A stretch of DNA of 32,478 nt, taken from assembly GCA_039815185.1 (NCBI GenBank), contig JBCBZT010000066.1:1-32478 (forward strand), written 5' to 3'. The DNA comes from Cyanobacteria bacterium P01_A01_bin.123 (GTDB taxonomy: Bacteria > Cyanobacteriota > Cyanobacteriia > Phormidesmidales > Phormidesmidaceae). Made by a program: the position numbers and the translations under genes. The notes beneath the pieces are model-generated. The model was given only the letters and a program-made list of their open reading frames with translations, was not told where the DNA came from and made no database searches. Of this stretch, positions 25,890-32,478 are shown piece by piece. Numbering within the stretch: position 1 is the first letter of the stretch; each line of letters begins with the position of its first letter.

Positions 25890-28838
25890 ATGTTCAGGAG
25901 CAAAAATACGATGACCGCCCCCAGCCGTAATACATGGGATGTCCCTACCCAGGCCGTTGACGCTGAAGATAATTTGACAATTATGTCTTCAGCGACTTCA
26001 GAAAAAAACAATCCCCCCCCAAGTGCAAACCCAGAAGTTGCCACGGGGTTAACCAAGATGCCTCCAGACTCCCTCCCGCGAAAGGGGCTCAGCATTGGTA
26101 TTAAGGCCACAGTCCTAGCGGCACTCTTTGGAGTGCTGCCAGTTTTGGCTGTGGGTATCGTTGCCTATCGTTCAGCCGATAGCTCAATTACTGAGCGGGT
26201 TGCCCAGCAGCAACTCGAAGAAGTTGATCAAACTGCCAGTCAGTTCCGCCAATATATGCAGGAGCGTATTGCCAACATCAATACTGTTGCCAGCATCGCC
26301 AGTACCTTTCCAATCTTCGAGAGTGACCTGGGGTCCGAGGAGAAGGGTCGTTTAGAAGAAGAGCTTACTGACCAACTCACCGCATTTGTACAGGACTATG
26401 GGACCTATTCCAGCATTGGTGTCTTTGACTTGGAAGGTAATGTGCTCGTCCAGTCGTCAGGCTCAGCCCTAGAACTGAATCAGGGAAATGCGGCCTATTT
26501 TAAGCGGGTTCTCCAAACGGGAACGGCTGTGGTGAGCGAACCAGTGGCCATTGCCTCAGAAGGAGACCTAAATGATCGACTCTCAATCTACATCGCTGCA
26601 CCAATCGTCGGCGAATCGGGTGATGTAGAAGCGGTTACCGCCGCCCAAATCCCGCTTGACTTTATCGGTAACTCAGTGCTTAGGGCGGGAATCTCTGCGG
26701 AAGAGGAAGAGGAGGAGGCAGAGTTCTACTATCTGGCAGATTCCGCTGGCAACATTATGCAAAGTGTGCCAATCGACATCGACCCAGAAGAATCAGTGCT
26801 TGGTTCACCCCTTTCGGAGGAAATTCCCGATTTCGGGGCTGCGCGAGATCAAAAACAGCTGATCGCCTGGCTTGGAACCGCTGCGGGCGAGGAATCCATG
26901 ATTGCCTATGCCCCAGTATCAGGTTTAGGGACGCTGAACTGGAGCGTAGTTGCCTCTAAAACCACAGAGGAAGCCTTTGAAGGGCAGCAGCAGCTACTAC
27001 AGACGATTCTCCTGGGGACGGTGATTACTGGGATGGCAGCGGTACTGTTGGGGATTTTGCTGGCGAAACAGGCTACTAAACCGATAGAAGAGGCCGCTAA
27101 TACAGTGGAGCTGTTGGGCCAAGGCAAGTTGCATGCCCGCGTGTCAGTACGGGGTAATGACGAACTGGCAACTTTAGGCACTAACGTCAACCGCATGGCG
27201 GGGCAAATTCAAACCCTGCTGCAAACCCTGCGCCAGAACGCGGAGCAGTTGGGACAGCAAAACGAAGTGTTGGCCGGGCTAGCCCATAATGACGCTTTGA
27301 TTCAAGGGGATGCCCAGGCTGCGGCGCAGGCTTATACCGAAGCGATCGCAGTCACCCTCAATGTCAAGCAAGCCAGCATCTGGATCTACAAGCCAGAGCA
27401 GGAACTGCTGTTATGCATCAGTCGCTATGACCAAGGGCAACCGTCGGTGGCTGAACAGCAACTGCCAGTGGCAGCAGCGCCTGCTTACTTCGAGGCGATC
27501 GCCAAAGACCAAACGCTCGCCATCAGCAATGTTCGTCACCACAGCGCTGTCCAGGAACTGGTCGCCAACGGCTACATAGACCCTAATACGGTCTCGTTAC
27601 TAGAATTGCCCATTCAGGCCTCAGGTAACTTCCTCGGCATCGTGCGTTGTGAACAAGCGGGTGAGCCTAGGGAGTGGAAACCTCAAGAGCAAACCTTTGT
27701 CAGCTCCGTGGCCAACCTGGTCTCCCTGGCCCTGGAAAGTGAGGTGTTGCAGACAGAAGTTAGCCACCTGTTAGACGTCGTATCTGAGGTAGAAGATGGC
27801 AACTTAACGACCCAGGCGCAGGTGAGCGATCGCACCACGGGTCTAGTCGCTGATACCTTTAACCGCCTGATTGAGCGGCTTGTAGAGGTGTTGCAACAGG
27901 CCATCGAAACCGCACAACAGGTGTCTGAAGGGGCCAACCAGCAAAAATCTCAAGCTAGCCTGATTGCCGCCAACGCCGAACAGCAGGCTGACGGGGTAAA
28001 CCAAGTTCTCCAGCTTACTGACCGGGTGCAAGACCTGGCCCAGGATGCTGCCCATCGAGTCGAAACTATCCGCGCTTCTCTACAAATCCTGCAGAAAACC
28101 GTAGAACAGGGCCAGGGTGCCATTACTAATCTGACCACTGGCATCGGTATTCTCCAAGACGGTAGTGACCGCATCATTCAACAAATGAAGACCCTGGGCG
28201 AATTTGTGGGCCTTGCCGACCAGTTCGTGCAGGATCAAAATCAAATCGCCTCCTTGACCCAGACTTTAGCGTTGAACGCTTCCCTGGTCGCTGCCCGTGC
28301 TGCTGAACAGCGTGATCCCCGTCAGTTTGCAGTTGCTGCCCGTGAATTCAGCGCGATCGCCAGCCAGGTCAGCCAACTCGCCCAACAAACCAACGCCAGC
28401 CTAAACACCCTGGAGCAGCGCAGTACCCAAATCCAAAGTGTGGTGTTCACCGTGGATACCAACGTACAGCAGGTCGGGAATCTGGTAGAGGACTTTACCC
28501 GAGGGGTTGAGCAATCTAACCGGGTATTTGAAGATGTCCAGACGGTGACAGTGGAAGCGGTAAACGCCGAGGCCGTTGTTGCCCAAGCCAGCCAGGAAAT
28601 TGTCAGTGCGGTGCAGTCGGCGACTGAAGTGGTGCGCAATATTACCGACATTGCGACCCAAACCGCTGAATTTACCCAGAACAATCGCATGCAGTCTGAG
28701 CAGATGGAGACCCTCTCGCAAAAGCTTTTGCAAACGATGGTCTTTTTCCAACTCCCTGGAGCCCCGGCCCCAAAAGCTCCAGCAGCGCTTCAGGAACCCA
28801 AACCCGCTATCTCTGATGAAACCACCGTGATTATTTAG
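25890..28838 (+). CDS. Methyl-accepting chemotaxis protein (TM-dCache-TM-HAMP-GAF-HAMP-signalling)
   Basis: Two TM helices, Cache-like YF...VSEP, HAMP (DELATLGTNVNRM), GAF (REWKPQEQTF) and tip QTLALNASLVAARA. Confidence 0.88.
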   Translation: MFRSKNTMTAPSRNTWDVPTQAVDAEDNLTIMSSATSEKNNPPPSANPEVATGLTKMPPDSLPRKGLSIGIKATVLAALFGVLPVLAVGIVAYRSADSSITERVAQQQLEEVDQTASQFRQYMQERIANINTVASIASTFPIFESDLGSEEKGRLEEELTDQLTAFVQDYGTYSSIGVFDLEGNVLVQSSGSALELNQGNAAYFKRVLQTGTAVVSEPVAIASEGDLNDRLSIYIAAPIVGESGDVEAVTAAQIPLDFIGNSVLRAGISAEEEEEEAEFYYLADSAGNIMQSVPIDIDPEESVLGSPLSEEIPDFGAARDQKQLIAWLGTAAGEESMIAYAPVSGLGTLNWSVVASKTTEEAFEGQQQLLQTILLGTVITGMAAVLLGILLAKQATKPIEEAANTVELLGQGKLHARVSVRGNDELATLGTNVNRMAGQIQTLLQTLRQNAEQLGQQNEVLAGLAHNDALIQGDAQAAAQAYTEAIAVTLNVKQASIWIYKPEQELLLCISRYDQGQPSVAEQQLPVAAAPAYFEAIAKDQTLAISNVRHHSAVQELVANGYIDPNTVSLLELPIQASGNFLGIVRCEQAGEPREWKPQEQTFVSSVANLVSLALESEVLQTEVSHLLDVVSEVEDGNLTTQAQVSDRTTGLVADTFNRLIERLVEVLQQAIETAQQVSEGANQQKSQASLIAANAEQQADGVNQVLQLTDRVQDLAQDAAHRVETIRASLQILQKTVEQGQGAITNLTTGIGILQDGSDRIIQQMKTLGEFVGLADQFVQDQNQIASLTQTLALNASLVAARAAEQRDPRQFAVAAREFSAIASQVSQLAQQTNASLNTLEQRSTQIQSVVFTVDTNVQQVGNLVEDFTRGVEQSNRVFEDVQTVTVEAVNAEAVVAQASQEIVSAVQSATEVVRNITDIATQTAEFTQNNRMQSEQMETLSQKLLQTMVFFQLPGAPAPKAPAALQEPKPAISDETTVII

Positions 28839-28886
28839 ACGAGTTTGCTAGCCAAACTACTTAGACGAGTTTGCTAGCCAAACTAC
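28835..28886. repeat. Exact 26-bp tandem duplication spanning the MCP stop codon
   Basis: TTAGACGAGTTTGCTAGCCAAACTAC twice; each unit contains an AGTTTG-N5-CAAACT inverted repeat. Confidence 0.9.
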
Positions 28887-28924
28887 ACCACTAATTTAGT
28901 TCCCTCACCTTATGGAAAGGATTT

Positions 28925-31531
28925 ATGACAACGCTTCGACCTGACTCCAACACGGTTGCTCACATCTCTGCATCCCCGCTGCCAGAATCAGAGGGATCAC
29001 AATCCCCAATGAAGCTTCCTCAGCAAAAACAGACATTCCGCCAGAAGCTGGGTATCCGGGCTGTCGTGGTGGTTTCCTTTGTGGTGCCAATTGTGACGGC
29101 AGTGAGTTTAACCGGGTGGTTTTCCATTCGGAATGGACAGCAGGCAGTCAATAACCTGGTTAACCAGCTGAGTAGTGAGTTAACCAATCGCATTGAAAAT
29201 CGCATTCAAACGTTTGCAGAGACACCCTATCAGTTTCTGCAAATCAATCTAGCGGCTATCCGAGCAGGAAACTTAGACCTAGACGACCTAAACGGGATGG
29301 CGGAATACTTCTGGCACCAAATTAGCATTACCGAGGCTGTGCCCTATGTTTATTTTGGCAATGAGCAAGGGGATTTTATTGGGGTCTGGAAGGAATCAGA
29401 ATCGCTGACAACGCTGCGGATTCGGGATCAGACTAGTGCACCTGATCGACGCATTTATGAGCTGGATGATCAAGGCGATCGCGGCGAGATCACAAAGGTC
29501 CATGAATATGATCCCCGGGTTCGTCCCTGGTATCAAGAGGCAGTTGAAGCGCGTAGGCCAACTTGGTCGTCTGTCTACGTATTTGCTGAGCCGCCGTCTC
29601 TCGGTATTACCCATGTTGTCCCTGTCTATGATGTGGACGCGGACTTGCAGGGGGTAATGGCGATCGATTTGACCCTGGCTGACATCAGTGACTTTCTCCA
29701 GGGTGTTGATGTGGGTGAATCGGGGGAGGTTTTTATCTTTGAGCGTTCGGGAGAGATTATCGCCAGTTCTAGTGAAGAAGCTCCCTTTATTGAGACAGAA
29801 GCAGAAGAACAACGACTGGCAATAACCGACAGTAGTAATGCTTTAATTCGAGCTGCTGCCGAAAATCTCGACAATCGATTTGATGGGTTTGAGCAAATTG
29901 AAAATCCTGAACAATTCATTTTTGAAATTGATGGTGAGCGTCACTTTCTACAAGTCACACCGATCCAAAATGATCGCAATCTCGACTGGATCATGGCAGT
30001 GGCAATTCCAGAGCAGGACTTCATGGCTCAAATCAATGCCAATACCCGCACCACCGTTCTGCTATGTTTGCTAGCACTCGCTGCCGCTACGATCGCGGGG
30101 ATTCTGACTTCTCGCTTAATTACAGTTCCAGTGCAGCGTTTGGGCCAAGCAGCTACTGCGATCGCAAGCGGCGATTTGGATCAAACTGTAGAAACTGAGG
30201 GTGTTGGAGAACTCAGCGTCTTAGGCAACTCCTTTAACCAGATGGCTCAGCAATTGCGAACCTCGTTTGCTGCCTTAGAAACTGCAAACGCAGAGTTAGA
30301 AGAACGGGTGGCAAACCGCACAGCAACTTTGAATCAAGAGAGTCAAACCCTGCAACAGGACGTTAGCCATTTGCTAGACGTGGTTTCTGCTGTAGAAGAA
30401 GGGGATTTAACGATAGAGGCTGAAGTCAGTCCTCAGGTAACTGGCCTGGTTGCAGATACCTTCAATCGTTTGATTGAACGGCTCGACCAAACCATGGGAA
30501 CCGTATTGAATGGCGCTGGACAAGTGACCCAAGGGGCCCAAAAGCTAGAGCAGTTAGCGCTCTCGGTGGCCGACAATACTCAGCAGCAGGCACAGTCTGT
30601 GGGGCAAGTGCAAGGGTTGATGGAAAATATCAGCAATCTATCGCAAGATGCGGCCCAGCAAGCCGCGACGGCTGACGAAGCCTTCCAGCTCACCCAAGCC
30701 TCTGTGCAAACAGGGCAGCAAGAAATTACCGCCATGACCGCAGGACTAGGGACGCTTCAGCAAGAAACCACTCAAATTATTAAGCGCACACAAACGCTAA
30801 CCGATTACGTTGAATTAGCGGCTCAGTTTGCCAAAGAACAAAAGCGAATCGCGTCCCAAACCCGAGTCTTGGCCCTCAACGCGTCGATGTTGGCAACTCG
30901 CTCCGCCGAGCAGCAAGATCCAGACCAATTTGCCAGCATTACTCGAGAATTTGAAACCATTGCAACTCAGGTTAATGATCTGGCGACTCAAACCAACCAG
31001 AGCTTGATCTCGTTGCAACAGCGCACCGACCAAATCCAAACGGTTGTGTCTGGACTCAACTATGACATTCAAAGAATTGACCAGCAGGTGAACGACTTTA
31101 CCTCAGGGGTAACTCACTCCCGTGAAGCCTTCGACCACATTAAAACCGCAACGGATCAAGTCGGGCAGATCGGACAGCGGGTTACCCAATCCAGCCAAGC
31201 CATTGCTGAAGCAGCCCAAACGACGTTGCAAGCCGTTCAAGATATTGCTGCGATCGCAGGTGAGACCTCCACACGGGCCAATATGACGCAAGAACAGTCC
31301 GAACAAATGGAACAGCTGGCTCAAGTCTTACTTCAGAAAGTTCAATTCTTCCACCTGCGGCCTGACCCAGATTCGGTACCAGCAATCATCGGTACGTCTA
31401 CCGCCCATGTCTTACCATCGGCTGCGGCAGAACCCACTGCCACGGATGATGCTCCCCTTGTGGAAACCCGTACTGAGGTAATCCTCAGCGATGAGTTGGG
31501 GAGTCGAGCTTCAGAGACAGCCAAATCGTAG
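28925..31531 (+). CDS. Methyl-accepting chemotaxis protein (TM-dCache-TM-HAMP-HAMP-signalling)
   Basis: dCache motif YDPRVRPWYQEA...WSSVY, HAMP GELSVLGNSFNQM and tip RVLALNASMLATRS. Confidence 0.9.
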   Translation: MTTLRPDSNTVAHISASPLPESEGSQSPMKLPQQKQTFRQKLGIRAVVVVSFVVPIVTAVSLTGWFSIRNGQQAVNNLVNQLSSELTNRIENRIQTFAETPYQFLQINLAAIRAGNLDLDDLNGMAEYFWHQISITEAVPYVYFGNEQGDFIGVWKESESLTTLRIRDQTSAPDRRIYELDDQGDRGEITKVHEYDPRVRPWYQEAVEARRPTWSSVYVFAEPPSLGITHVVPVYDVDADLQGVMAIDLTLADISDFLQGVDVGESGEVFIFERSGEIIASSSEEAPFIETEAEEQRLAITDSSNALIRAAAENLDNRFDGFEQIENPEQFIFEIDGERHFLQVTPIQNDRNLDWIMAVAIPEQDFMAQINANTRTTVLLCLLALAAATIAGILTSRLITVPVQRLGQAATAIASGDLDQTVETEGVGELSVLGNSFNQMAQQLRTSFAALETANAELEERVANRTATLNQESQTLQQDVSHLLDVVSAVEEGDLTIEAEVSPQVTGLVADTFNRLIERLDQTMGTVLNGAGQVTQGAQKLEQLALSVADNTQQQAQSVGQVQGLMENISNLSQDAAQQAATADEAFQLTQASVQTGQQEITAMTAGLGTLQQETTQIIKRTQTLTDYVELAAQFAKEQKRIASQTRVLALNASMLATRSAEQQDPDQFASITREFETIATQVNDLATQTNQSLISLQQRTDQIQTVVSGLNYDIQRIDQQVNDFTSGVTHSREAFDHIKTATDQVGQIGQRVTQSSQAIAEAAQTTLQAVQDIAAIAGETSTRANMTQEQSEQMEQLAQVLLQKVQFFHLRPDPDSVPAIIGTSTAHVLPSAAAEPTATDDAPLVETRTEVILSDELGSRASETAKS

Positions 31532-31632
31532 TCACTATCCCCCAGCGACTGCAAGTTGCATGCCTTCAAATCCTCAGCATTACAACGACTCACTCCCACG
31601 CCTTCACCCCCTCACCGAATTCTTTGCACATC

Positions 31633-32478
31633 ATGTCAATGTCAGACATCGACCCCCTAAAAAGCTCAGAAGCCATCGCAGAGCAGGCACTACAGCAGGA
31701 ACTCCGCAGTCTGTTTGCGGTTGATACACAAAGCTATTTACAGCAGTATAGTCAGACTGCGCGGCAACTTGAGGTTCACTCTTGGGTGACTCAAATCCAG
31801 GAGCTTTACCGATTTATCCACACGATTAAGGGAGGCGCAGTCACGGTAGCCGCGAATGCTGTTTTGTCAGTGTCGGCGGCATTAGAGGATTTACTGTCTG
31901 ATCTGCGCTACCTCGATCCGCCGCCACCTCTAGCAGACGGTCACCTGCACCAAATATTGTTCGAGGCTGGTGAGCTACTCACCGTAACGCTGGATCTCGA
32001 AGGCGTCAGCTCAGAGTCTGTGGAACCGATTGTGTCCCGAATGCAGACACTCCATAATCAGGTGCGCACCCAATACTTACCCACTTGGGATGAAAACCAA
32101 CGGCTCCATCAGGAGTTCGCTGAACAAGGCTTTGACCTGGTGGTATTAGATTTGGAAATTGCGCTAGAGCGGCTACCTGCAACTGGAGAGATGCCGAAAC
32201 CAACGATTGAAATTGGACAGCGAACGCTAAACCAACTGCAGCAAATTGGTCAAGATATCCAGCTAACCGATGGCTGGGTAGCACTGCTTGATCAGGCCCA
32301 AGCGCTACTGAAATATCCGCAGATTAAAATTTGGCAATCCCAATGGCCACTTCTAGCCCAAGCATTTAAGGACTGTGCCAAACGAGGGGGAGAAGCGGTT
32401 CCCTTTAAATTGACGGTTGCTGATCATGCCCCCCCTGATTTGATGGCAGCTGCCAAACGTGTTCCAGAAGAGCTGAGC
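31633..32478 (+). CDS. cheA: CheA-like histidine kinase, N-terminal Hpt region (partial; absent from the ORF track)
   Basis: ATG at 31633: MSMSDIDPLKSSEAIAEQALQQELRSLFAVDTQSYL...LYRFIHTIKGGA (Hpt motif). The frame appears open to the window end. Confidence 0.85.
   Translation, partial: MSMSDIDPLKSSEAIAEQALQQELRSLFAVDTQSYLQQYSQTARQLEVHSWVTQIQELYRFIHTIKGGAVTVAANAVLSVSAALEDLLSDLRYLDPPPPLADGHLHQILFEAGELLTVTLDLEGVSSESVEPIVSRMQTLHNQVRTQYLPTWDENQRLHQEFAEQGFDLVVLDLEIALERLPATGEMPKPTIEIGQRTLNQLQQIGQDIQLTDGWVALLDQAQALLKYPQIKIWQSQWPLLAQAFKDCAKRGGEAVPFKLTVADHAPPDLMAAAKRVPEELS

Noticed and set aside
27280..27740. Cyanobacteriochrome (PixJ-like) photoreceptor GAF
   Set aside because: No bilin-binding CH or DxCF-type motif seen in this GAF domain.
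28835..28886. CRISPR array
   Set aside because: Two abutting units with no spacer and no cas genes.

Overview
Cyanobacterial DNA (recurrent HIP1 octamer GCGATCGC; PatA-type chemosensory cluster) with four blocks. (1) 1-5.1 kb, mobile module: 5' part of a group IIC-attC intron inserted into an integron-type attC site, a frameshifted GIY-YIG gene paired with a tandem-repeat protein, then mobC and a MOB_P-type relaxase, a candidate oriT and a divergent traK/traL/traM-like operon. (2) 5.3-14.1 kb, a type I restriction-modification locus packed with cargo: hsdM, a Doc toxin-antitoxin pair flanked by direct copies of the hsdM 3' end, hsdS broken by one in-frame TGA, an uncharacterised DUF6978-like plus DUF1828/1829-like pair, a Uma2 nuclease and hsdR. 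(3) 14.3-20.3 kb, an exported protein plus a large caspase-STAND NTPase-TM-WD40 protein. (4) 21-32.5 kb, a TauE exporter and a patA-cheY-cheW-[TRAP solute-binding protein]-MCP-MCP-cheA cluster running off the right edge. Best candidates for undescribed systems are the two-gene cargo in the RM locus and the orphan TRAP binding protein inside the chemosensory cluster. Family assignments come from motif recognition by eye, not database searches.
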